Below the pieces are notes generated by a model. The model had not been told where the DNA came from, did no database searches, and worked only from the letters and a program-made list of their open reading frames with translations. Below, piece by piece: positions 9,023 to 17,097 of a DNA stretch of 24,197 nucleotides; position 1 is the stretch's first letter, and every line of letters starts with the position of its first letter. The translations under genes were made by a program, and so were the position numbers. Source of the stretch: a virus (lineage: Duplodnaviria > Caudoviricetes); IMG/VR virus record IMGVR_UViG_3300031951_001175, positions 1 through 24,197 of that record. The stretch is one strand, 5' to 3'.

Positions 9023-9727
9023 ATGAGCCTGCTGACCATCATCCAGGCGGCAGCCGATCGGATCGGCATCCCGAGCCCGACAGCGGTCATTTCGTCGAGC
9101 GAGCCTAACGTTCGCATGATGCTCTCGCTCTCCAATCAGGAGGGTGTTGAGCTGGCCCGCCGGCACGCTTGGCAGCGCATCACCAACGAACACACGTTTG
9201 CGACCGTCAACGGCACGGTCGCCTATGCCCTTCCGACCGACTTCGATCGGCTGTTGGAAGGCACGATGTATAATCGGACCCAAGACCGGCTGGTGGTGGG
9301 TCCGATCACGCCGCAGCGCTGGCAGCAGATGCAGGCCAACTTGACTGTCGGCACATGGACGGCGGTCTACATCCGCGGCAACTATTTGCGGCTCACGCCC
9401 ACGCCAACAGCAGCCGAGACGATCGCCTACGAGTACGTGTCGAAGTACTGGTGCGGGCTCGCCGCTGACACGTCGGCCACGGCGCTCAAATGGGCCAACG
9501 ACGACGACATCACGTTTCTGGACGAGGAACTGGTGTCGCTCGGTGTCGTGTGGCGATTCCTGCGGGCTCGCGGTCTCGACTACTCCGAGGCATTCCGCTC
9601 GTATGAGGAAGCTGTCAGTGAGCGCAAGGCGAATGACGGCGGCATGCGCATTCTCGATCTCGGCAACCAGCCCGGCACAACGCTTTCCGATCCTTCCATA
9701 GCCGATGGAAATTGGTCGCTCACCTGA
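9023..9727 (+). CDS. Head-tail adaptor (tail tubular A-like)
   Basis: MSLLTIIQ, YALPTDFDR, YEYVSKYW and LGVVWRF..ARGLDY motifs; expected position after the head genes. Confidence 0.75.
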   Translation: MSLLTIIQAAADRIGIPSPTAVISSSEPNVRMMLSLSNQEGVELARRHAWQRITNEHTFATVNGTVAYALPTDFDRLLEGTMYNRTQDRLVVGPITPQRWQQMQANLTVGTWTAVYIRGNYLRLTPTPTAAETIAYEYVSKYWCGLAADTSATALKWANDDDITFLDEELVSLGVVWRFLRARGLDYSEAFRSYEEAVSERKANDGGMRILDLGNQPGTTLSDPSIADGNWSLT

Positions 9728-11364
9728 TGCTGCAGCGCGCCCCGCTTCGCCCTAACGCCAAACGCCGCCCCGTCGCCCGGACCCGTCCTTTGCCGTTCCC
9801 GGTGGGTGGCTGGGACGCCGCGTCGCCGCTGTCCGCCATGCCTGAAGACCGGGCGGTTCAGCTCAAGAACTGGTTTCCGCGCCCCGGCTATGGCGAGATC
9901 CGGCGCGGGTACGTTCGGCACGCCTATGACGTCGGCACGGACACGTCATCGGTTGAAAGCTTGATGGCGTGGCGCGGACCTGCATCGTCCAAAATGTTCG
10001 CGGCGGCAGGCACGGCCATCTATGACGTGACGACGCCTTCAACGGCGGCCAGTTCGTCGCTGACGGGGCTCAACAACGCGCGCTGGCAGCACGTCAACAT
10101 CACCACGGGCGCCGGCCATTACCTTTGGATCTGCAACGGTGCTGATGATCCGAGGCACTTCAACGGCACGGTGTGGGCCACGCCATCGCTCACTGGAGTG
10201 ACGGCCACCAGCATCGTGCACGTCAACAGCCACAAAAAGCGGCTGTGGTTTACGATCAACGACAGTCTCACGGCTTACTATCTCGCCACTGATGCGGTAG
10301 CCGGTGCGGCCACGTCGTTCGCGCTCGGGAGCGTGTTCACGCGCGGCGGGCACCTCGTGGCCATGGGCACGTGGTCGCGTGATGGCGGCTCCGGCCCCGA
10401 TGACTACGCGGTGTTCATCTCGAGCGAAGGGCAGGTTGCTCTATACCAGGGCACAGACCCGGCCAGCGCTAACACGTGGTCCCTCGTTGGCACCTACGAC
10501 GTGCCGGCCCCGATTGGCCGGCGGTGCTTCGTCAAGTACGGCGCGGATTTGGCACTCATCACGCTGGAAGGCGTGTTTCCGCTGTCTCAGCTGCTCTCGG
10601 TCGATCAGAGCCAAGCCGGCCGGGTCGCGCTCACGGCCAACATCTCGCCGGCCTTCAACAGCGCGGCGCGCTCCTACGCGTCGGTGTGGGGCTGGGAGGC
10701 GATCGTCTATCCGCGCGGAACGCGGCTCATCGTCAACATTCCGAGCAGCGAGAATAGCGCGTCGGGTCAGTATGTCATGAACACCCTGACCGGCGCGTGG
10801 TGTGAGTTCGACAGCCACAACGCCAACTGTTGGCTGGTCTATGACGATAACCTGTACTTCGGCGGCAATACTGGAACCGTATTCAAGGCCGACACCGGCT
10901 CGCTTGACTTCGATCAGCCCATCACGGCCACGGGACAGACCGCCTACACAGCGCTCGGCACGGCGCAGACAAAGCGCTGGCTTCAGTGCCGCGCGCTGCT
11001 GACCGGGACGGGCGCCTACCGGCCACAGATCGGCATCAGCACGGATTTCTATGAGACCTCGGTACTCTCGCCGGGGTCGTTCGCGGCGCTTCCGTCGTCG
11101 GCGCAGTTCGGCACAGCCTTGTTCGGCACCGCGGTGTTCGGCTCATCCGTCAACGTGTCGTCCGATTGGATCGGAATGGCCGGCATTGGCGCGTTCGGGT
11201 CAATCAAGTTCGTCGGCCGGGTGGGCTTCGACGCCAGCATTGCCGGTGGCGAGTGGAGCACGGCCACGTGGGGCGCGTCCACGTGGGGCGCCAACGGTTC
11301 GGTAGAGGAAAGCCTTGTGATCAACGGGTTTCTGGTGATGGCAGAGACCGGGGGCGCGCTCTGA
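9727..11364 (+). CDS. Tail nozzle / DNA-stabilisation protein (tubular B, P22 gp10-like)
   Basis: ATG at 9727 overlaps the upstream TGA. About 545 aa, beta-rich, with PVGGW, AVQLKNWFP, YQGTDP and QYVMNTLTGAWC. Confidence 0.8.
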   Translation: MLQRAPLRPNAKRRPVARTRPLPFPVGGWDAASPLSAMPEDRAVQLKNWFPRPGYGEIRRGYVRHAYDVGTDTSSVESLMAWRGPASSKMFAAAGTAIYDVTTPSTAASSSLTGLNNARWQHVNITTGAGHYLWICNGADDPRHFNGTVWATPSLTGVTATSIVHVNSHKKRLWFTINDSLTAYYLATDAVAGAATSFALGSVFTRGGHLVAMGTWSRDGGSGPDDYAVFISSEGQVALYQGTDPASANTWSLVGTYDVPAPIGRRCFVKYGADLALITLEGVFPLSQLLSVDQSQAGRVALTANISPAFNSAARSYASVWGWEAIVYPRGTRLIVNIPSSENSASGQYVMNTLTGAWCEFDSHNANCWLVYDDNLYFGGNTGTVFKADTGSLDFDQPITATGQTAYTALGTAQTKRWLQCRALLTGTGAYRPQIGISTDFYETSVLSPGSFAALPSSAQFGTALFGTAVFGSSVNVSSDWIGMAGIGAFGSIKFVGRVGFDASIAGGEWSTATWGASTWGANGSVEESLVINGFLVMAETGGAL

Positions 11365-11795
11365 TGCATCTCGTGCTCGGCCATGACGCGACCGTCAACG
11401 CATGGGTCGCGCTTCGCTACGGCGTCCACGTTCAGCAGCAGCCGTCTGTTTCCATGGGCGTCATCAACCGAGACGGCGTGCTGGTCGGGGCGTTTGTGCT
11501 GACCGCCAAAAACGACACGACGGCCGAGCTTCACCTGTACGGCAAGACCAGCAACGACACATGGCGGGAGATGTTCGCGCGCGTGTTCGGGTCGGGCGTC
11601 TACCGCCTCGAGATCCGCACGGCCAAGAGCAACCGCGCGGTTAAGAAGGCCGCGCCGAAGTTCGGGTTCAAGTTCGAGGGCGTTGAACGCGACTACTACG
11701 GGCGCGGACAGGACGCGCTGCGGTTCTACATGACGCCGGAGGCTTGCCGGTGGCTCAAGAGGGGTGACGATGGGCTCGCTGTTCAAATCTCCTAA
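11364..11795 (+). CDS. GNAT-fold acetyltransferase-like virion assembly protein
   Basis: ATG at 11364 is coupled to the upstream stop. SNRAVKK...KFGFKFEGVERDYYG is a RimJ/RimL-type C-terminal motif. Confidence 0.75.
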   Translation: MHLVLGHDATVNAWVALRYGVHVQQQPSVSMGVINRDGVLVGAFVLTAKNDTTAELHLYGKTSNDTWREMFARVFGSGVYRLEIRTAKSNRAVKKAAPKFGFKFEGVERDYYGRGQDALRFYMTPEACRWLKRGDDGLAVQIS

Positions 11796-12552
11796 AGCGC
11801 CGGCACCAATCAACGTCGCCGCGGTCGGCCAACAGCAGGCCGCCGAGAACACGCGAACGGCGCAGCAGCAGGCGGCCTACAATCGGCCGAACCAGACCGA
11901 CGCCTTCGGCAACACCGTGAACTGGAGCCAGAACGGAACCGATGCCAACGGCAACCCGGTGTTTCAGGTCAACCAGCAGCTCGGCGCCAAAGGCCAGCGC
12001 ATGGCCGGGGGGCTCGGTGGGCTGGCCGATCGCTACTTTGGCCAGGCCGGCGAGTCCACCGGCATCGATCGCGCGCTTGGCATGTACGATCAAACCATGG
12101 ACCCGCGCAACGAGCGCATGCGGGCCGCAGCGGAAAGCCGACTGCGGAACCAAGGGTTCGACCCGTCGAGCGAGGCGTTCCGTTCGCAGATGGGCGATGT
12201 TGCCTTGCAGCAGAACGAGGCCCGCAACAACTTCGCCACGGGCGCTTGGGGGCAGGCCATCAACGAGCGCGGCCAGCAAATGCGCGAGCTGTCGCCGGGC
12301 GTCCAGTTCGGCATGGGCACGGTGTCGCCCAACATGGTCAACGCACCGGGCGTCAACGTCGGCACGGTGGATTACATAGGGCTCAACAAGGCCAACTATG
12401 ACGGCCAAATGAACCAGTACAGCCAGCAAATGCAGCAGCGCAACGCGATGCTGGGCGGGCTTGCCGGCATCGGTGGCGCGATGCTCGGTGCGCCGCTCGG
12501 TGGCGGGGCTAGCGTCGGCGGAAGCCTGTTCTCAAGAATGTTTGGCAAATGA
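11770..12552 (+). CDS. Internal virion / DNA ejection protein 1
   Basis: MGSLFKSPKAPAP start, Gln/Asn/Gly-rich body, C-terminal glycine-rich hydrophobic segment (GGLAGIGGAMLG). Confidence 0.7.
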   Translation: MGSLFKSPKAPAPINVAAVGQQQAAENTRTAQQQAAYNRPNQTDAFGNTVNWSQNGTDANGNPVFQVNQQLGAKGQRMAGGLGGLADRYFGQAGESTGIDRALGMYDQTMDPRNERMRAAAESRLRNQGFDPSSEAFRSQMGDVALQQNEARNNFATGAWGQAINERGQQMRELSPGVQFGMGTVSPNMVNAPGVNVGTVDYIGLNKANYDGQMNQYSQQMQQRNAMLGGLAGIGGAMLGAPLGGGASVGGSLFSRMFGK

Positions 12553-14333
12553 GCCAGCCCCTTACGCTTCGCTACAACAACCCCGGTGCGGTCGAGTTCA
12601 AGCCCTGGATGGGCGCCTATGGCGCCACGCTGGGGCCCAACGGGCGCTATGCGCAATTCGAGACCCCAGATCAGGGGTATTCGGTCATGGGGCGGATACT
12701 CGACACCTACCAGAACAAGCACGGCCTCAACACCGTGTCTGGCATCGTCAATCGGTGGGCGCCGGCCGACGTCGATAACAACTCCACCGGCAGCTACATC
12801 AACAGCGTGTCTCGCCGGCTGGGGATTGATCCAAACGCGCCGCTTGCGCCGGAGCACCGCACGCCGCTGATTCAGGCCATGGCCGCCTATGAGGCTGGCC
12901 GCGCGCCTGCGCCGATGGGTGGTGCAGCACCCCCCGCATCCTCTACGCCCCCCGCATCGCCAGGAGCCGCACCAATGAATCCAATGGGAGCCGCGCCTAG
13001 CGCCAATGGGTGGACGCCGGAGTCGGTTGGGTCCAGCCGGCAGCTCGGGGCGCGACTGCTCAACGCTGGCATGGACACCGGGCCGGCGCAGCACTGGACG
13101 CAGGCGCTTGCGCGCGTGCTGCAGGCCGGCAGCGGCGCCGCATGGACACAGCAAGCCAACGAAGGCGAGCGCGCCGGCAATCAAGCCGTGGCCGACATCT
13201 ACCGCCAGGGGCTGCAGGGGAACGTTCCGGTCAAACAACTGGCTGCACAGTTGATGGACCCCGCGCGCGGCGGCGGGTTCGGCATGGAAGACGGCAAAAA
13301 CATCGCCCGCGCGGTCATTGCGCAAGAGGTGAAGGGGCCAGAGCAGACAGAAGCGCAACGCAACTTCGCCTATGGCCAGCGAAACCCTGACTTCGCTCGG
13401 CGCGAGATCGAGCTGAAGCAAGCCGGCCGGCCACAGACCACCGTCGAGATGAAGCAAGAAGGGGCGGAATCGCAGGCGATTGGCAAGGCCAGCGCAGAAG
13501 CGCAGGTCGAGGCATTCAAAGCCGCAGGATCGGCCCAGCAGCAGCTTCAGCAGCTTGCGGGCCTACAGGCGCGGCTTGAACGGCTGAAGACGGGCGCCAG
13601 CGCTCCGGCCGTGCGGACTGCGGCGGCGTGGGCCAAGGATCTCGGTGTATCGCCCGACGTGCTCAAGCAGTTCGGCATCACAGACAACTTCGTGGGCGAT
13701 GCTCAGGCATTCGAGGCGGCGACGGCTGGCATGCTGGTCAACAAGCTCGGATCCGGTGGCTTCCCAAGCAACAACTTCAGCAACGCCGACCGCGAGTTCC
13801 TCGAGAAAACGCTGCCGCGGCTCAGCAACGACCCGCGTGCCAACCGCATCATGGTGGAAGCGGCGCGGCGCGTCGAACAATCGAAGATCGACAAAGCCCG
13901 CTCGTTTCAGGAGTGGCGGAAAGCGCCGGAGAACAAAAGCAAGTCGTTCTTTGACTTCGATATCGACTATGCGCAGAAGGTCGGCAACCGCTTTGACGAT
14001 CTGGTGCAGGAAGCGCGCGGCATGATGGACAGCGCGGGGCAGGGGTTCATGCCGCAACCGACCGCGCCGGGCCAAGCCGCGCCACAGCAGAACGGCGGCG
14101 GCGGGCAGGTCATCCAAGGCGCCCGCCAGATGATTCCGCCACCGGCAGCGGCAATCGAGCGCCTACGCGCTAACCCGGCGGAAGCGGCGCTATTCGATCA
14201 AGTGTTCGGGCAAGGCGCGTCCTCTGCCATTCTCGGCCAAGGGCAGCCGCAACAGCCGATGACGCCGGAGCAACCGGCACCAGTGCAGCCGCGTCGCAAC
14301 ACGATGCCGCGCGAGGTGTTCCGCAATGGCTAA
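12549..14333 (+). CDS. Internal virion / ejection protein 2 with N-terminal lysozyme-like domain
   Basis: RYNNPG...F.T..G...RWAP..DN.T.SY...AMA.YE pattern of virion muralytic-like domains, followed by a Pro-rich linker and a helical body with SNADREFL. Confidence 0.7.
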   Translation: MSQPLTLRYNNPGAVEFKPWMGAYGATLGPNGRYAQFETPDQGYSVMGRILDTYQNKHGLNTVSGIVNRWAPADVDNNSTGSYINSVSRRLGIDPNAPLAPEHRTPLIQAMAAYEAGRAPAPMGGAAPPASSTPPASPGAAPMNPMGAAPSANGWTPESVGSSRQLGARLLNAGMDTGPAQHWTQALARVLQAGSGAAWTQQANEGERAGNQAVADIYRQGLQGNVPVKQLAAQLMDPARGGGFGMEDGKNIARAVIAQEVKGPEQTEAQRNFAYGQRNPDFARREIELKQAGRPQTTVEMKQEGAESQAIGKASAEAQVEAFKAAGSAQQQLQQLAGLQARLERLKTGASAPAVRTAAAWAKDLGVSPDVLKQFGITDNFVGDAQAFEAATAGMLVNKLGSGGFPSNNFSNADREFLEKTLPRLSNDPRANRIMVEAARRVEQSKIDKARSFQEWRKAPENKSKSFFDFDIDYAQKVGNRFDDLVQEARGMMDSAGQGFMPQPTAPGQAAPQQNGGGGQVIQGARQMIPPPAAAIERLRANPAEAALFDQVFGQGASSAILGQGQPQQPMTPEQPAPVQPRRNTMPREVFRNG

Positions 14334-16029
14334 TCCCTACGAGCAATTTGTTCAGCCAGTTTCGACGAACCCCTACGCTCAATTTGCGCAGCAGCCCGCG
14401 CAAGAGCCCGTGAGCGTCGGCTACGACATGGGCAAGAGCTTCGCTTCTGGCATTGTCAAAGGCGGCATCGGGCTGGCCGCACTGCCCGGCACTGTCGAGC
14501 AATTGGGCCGCATCGGCGTCAACTACGTGGGCCGGCAGTTCGGCGCCGAAGGCAACACGGTCGCGCCGGAGGCGGCGTTGCCGCAGTTCTCCGACATCAA
14601 AGGCACTGTCGAGCGCAACGTCACGGGGCCGCTGTATGAGCCGCAGACGACGGCTGGCCAATATGCCGGCACGATTGCGGAGTTCCTGCCCGGCATGCTG
14701 TTTCCGGCAGGTGGCGTCGGGGCGCATCTCGGTCGCCGGGCGGCAATGAACGTCATTGCGCCGGCCGTCACTAGCGAGACCGCGGGCCAGTTGACAAAGG
14801 GCTCGGCTGCCGAACCTTACGCCAGGGCCGGAGGCGCCATCGCCGGCAGCATTGCGCCGCAGATCATCGGCCGAATGATTTCGCCGGGGGCAATCAACAC
14901 CAGCACGGCCAAGGGGGCAGAGCGCGCGCGCGATGTGGCGGTGATGCGTCAAGAGGGCGTGCCGCTGTCGGCCGGCGACGTGAGCGGCAATCGCTCAATC
15001 CGGTGGGCGGAAAGCGTGGCGGCTGATACGCCGCTGGCGGCAGGGCGCGCGGCTGCGCTCAAGGATACGCAAAGCGAACGATTCGTCGAGGCGACGCTGC
15101 GCCGGGCTGGCATCAATGCCCGTGCGGCGACGCCGGAGGTCATGAACGATGCATTTGACCGCATTGGCAATGAGTTTAACCGGGCGGCAAATCGCATCGC
15201 CGTGCCCCTAAGCATCACGCCGGTCGGCCGGCAATTGACGCAGGACGTGAGCCGCATCGCTGCGAACTACGAGCGCATCACTGAGCCGTCGCTACGCAGT
15301 TCGTTGCCGCGCGCCATCAATGATGATCTGGCGCAACTTGCTCGACAAAATCAGTACATGAGCGGCGACGTTTACAATGTATGGCGGTCCCAGCTAGGCG
15401 CGGCAGCACGCGGTGCGCAAGACCCCAGAACGCGGGACGCTCTCTATTCGATTCAGAACACGCTCGACGACGCCGCCGAGACGTGGTTGCGAAGTGCCGG
15501 CCGGGGCGATGTTGCTACTTCGTTGAAGAACGCGCGCCGCGAATATCGCAACCTGCTGGCAATCGAGCGCGCGGCTATTGGAGCCGGCGAGAACGCGGCG
15601 CTTGGCACGTTCTCGCCGCAGCAATTGGCGCAGGCAGTAAAGACGGTTCACGGTCAGCGCAACTATGCGCGTGGCCAAGGGGATCTCGTTGACCTTGCGC
15701 GGGGCGGGGCCGCGCTGATGGCCCCGCTGCCCAACTCCGGCACGCCGGCACGGCTCGTCATGTCGGCCATGGGTGGTGCTGCTGGTGCTGCTCTTGGTGG
15801 AGCGCCCGGCGCCGCTGCTGGTGTGGTGGCGCCCATCATCGGCCAAGCCGTCGCCAGCCGCGCGGTGCTCAACCCAACCATGCAACGCTACCTCGGCAAT
15901 CAAGTTGCGTCGCCCATGGTCAGCATGGCGCCGGGCAACCGCGAGGCCGCCCGGATCAACGCCGCCGCTCAGTTCAATGAAACGCAGTCCGAACGTGACC
16001 GGCTGGCGCGTGCCCTCCAGCAGCGATGA
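14326..16029 (+). CDS. Internal virion / ejection protein 3
   Basis: Repeated NPY.QF at the N-terminus, YEPQTTAGQY, LPNSGT..R and Gly/Ala-rich hydrophobic segments; third gene of the ejection trio. Confidence 0.7.
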   Translation: MANPYEQFVQPVSTNPYAQFAQQPAQEPVSVGYDMGKSFASGIVKGGIGLAALPGTVEQLGRIGVNYVGRQFGAEGNTVAPEAALPQFSDIKGTVERNVTGPLYEPQTTAGQYAGTIAEFLPGMLFPAGGVGAHLGRRAAMNVIAPAVTSETAGQLTKGSAAEPYARAGGAIAGSIAPQIIGRMISPGAINTSTAKGAERARDVAVMRQEGVPLSAGDVSGNRSIRWAESVAADTPLAAGRAAALKDTQSERFVEATLRRAGINARAATPEVMNDAFDRIGNEFNRAANRIAVPLSITPVGRQLTQDVSRIAANYERITEPSLRSSLPRAINDDLAQLARQNQYMSGDVYNVWRSQLGAAARGAQDPRTRDALYSIQNTLDDAAETWLRSAGRGDVATSLKNARREYRNLLAIERAAIGAGENAALGTFSPQQLAQAVKTVHGQRNYARGQGDLVDLARGGAALMAPLPNSGTPARLVMSAMGGAAGAALGGAPGAAAGVVAPIIGQAVASRAVLNPTMQRYLGNQVASPMVSMAPGNREAARINAAAQFNETQSERDRLARALQQR

Positions 16030-16939
16030 GCGAGATCATCACGTGCCGCCCGGCCCGACGAGTGTTGACGACGTTTGCCACTTCCCGGCGCCGTTTGGTG
16101 GCTTCGCCGTCGCACACGCCCATCATTCTTGCCAGCTCCCCGTTGGTCAGTGGCCGACCGGCCCGGATAAGAGCATCGATGACGGGGTGGGGTGCCGAGT
16201 TTGCTGCGACGTTTGCCAGGGTTTCCGGCTTTGCCAGGGCCGGCAAATGTTGCCTAACCGGCTGAACAGGGGCGGCGCCAGGGTGCCAGCCGTACATGGC
16301 AGCGGCAAACGCGGACAGCTCCAGGGTGAGGCCGAGAAGGCAAGGGGCAAGCAACGCCACCAGATCGGCGGCAAACGTCGCCTCGAGGCCAAACACCAGC
16401 GACAAGAGAGCGGCAACCCGCTGCTCTCCGGCTTGCGGGGTGGCAACGGTGAGGCCAGCAATCTGCCGCTCAAGGCGCTCGATCTCGAGTTGATGCATGC
16501 CGAGCAGGCTGCGGGTGCTTTCGTGACACGCGCGGCCGGTGCCGCAACGGTTCAGAGCGTCCTGCCGGCGCAGCTTCTCCGCGTCGAGCGCTACCGTGAG
16601 GGCGGCGCGCTGTTGCTCAATCACCGTGGCCGACTGCACCGCAGCATCACGAGCCCCGGCCTGTCGGCCGATCGTCGCGTTGAGGGTGTAGACGCTGCCC
16701 ATGATCGCGGCCAGCCACAGGAGCGCGGTAGCGAGCCACATGCGGTCGTGGCGAGCATAGGTGCTGAGCACCGGCAGGGCGAGGATCACGCCCCAGACGA
16801 CCGGGGTAGCGCAGATCACGACCCAATCCGGGGACGCGGCTTGCCATTCGTGACGAAGTAGATAAGCGGAGCCGACTGCCCAAAGGGCAATAGTCGCAGC
16901 TCTAGCGACACGGCGCGGAGCCGTGATAGTATGGGTCAT
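15974..16939 (-). CDS. Moron: multi-pass membrane protein with coiled coil and C-terminal winged HTH
   Basis: AGGAG RBS before the ATG. Three N-terminal hydrophobic helices, a coiled coil with C-x5-C, a further TM region, then VIDALIRAGRPLTNGELARMMGVCDGEATKR...RRAGRHVMISL. Confidence 0.8.
   Translation of the reverse strand: MTHTITAPRRVARAATIALWAVGSAYLLRHEWQAASPDWVVICATPVVWGVILALPVLSTYARHDRMWLATALLWLAAIMGSVYTLNATIGRQAGARDAAVQSATVIEQQRAALTVALDAEKLRRQDALNRCGTGRACHESTRSLLGMHQLEIERLERQIAGLTVATPQAGEQRVAALLSLVFGLEATFAADLVALLAPCLLGLTLELSAFAAAMYGWHPGAAPVQPVRQHLPALAKPETLANVAANSAPHPVIDALIRAGRPLTNGELARMMGVCDGEATKRRREVANVVNTRRAGRHVMISLIAAGGHAPAGHVRTAFH
16924..16932 (+). promoter_or_regulatory. Extended -10 element for the antisense RNA, embedded in the first codons of the moron gene
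   Basis: TGa-TAGTAT (16924-16932), with TAGCGA 18 nt upstream as a weak -35. Confidence 0.55.
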
Positions 16940-17010
16940 GACTGATCTCCTGGGTTCATCAGGGGTGATGTCGAGGCCCGGCCGGTGTTAGCGCACCTGT
17001 CGGGCCGCTT
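16936..17010 (+). ncRNA. SymR/PtaRNA1-like cis-antisense RNA (putative)
   Basis: Complementary to the start codon and RBS of the moron gene. A small stem CTGAT...ATCAG encloses the anti-SD CTCCT, followed by the hairpin GGCCCGGCCGGTG-TTAGCG-CACCTGTCGGGCC, whose GTGTTRGCGCAC apex matches my recollection of the SymR 3' hairpin. Confidence 0.65.
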
Positions 17011-17097
17011 CATATGTAGTGTGATTTGCGTTGAAAATCAGTAACCTTCACGCAACAGTTACAGCGTTGTGCGCGCGTACCCACCTAACGGCGCGAC

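Noticed and set aside
8092-13457. Long minus-strand ORFs (e.g. 8092..9135, 11049..11852, 12396..13457)
   Set aside because: They are antisense to well-supported structural genes and show no recognisable motifs; expected at this GC content.
15773-16861. 362-aa plus-strand ORF opposite the moron
   Set aside because: Arg/Gly/His-rich composition typical of GC-rich antisense frames. The minus-strand ORF has an RBS and a coherent domain structure.
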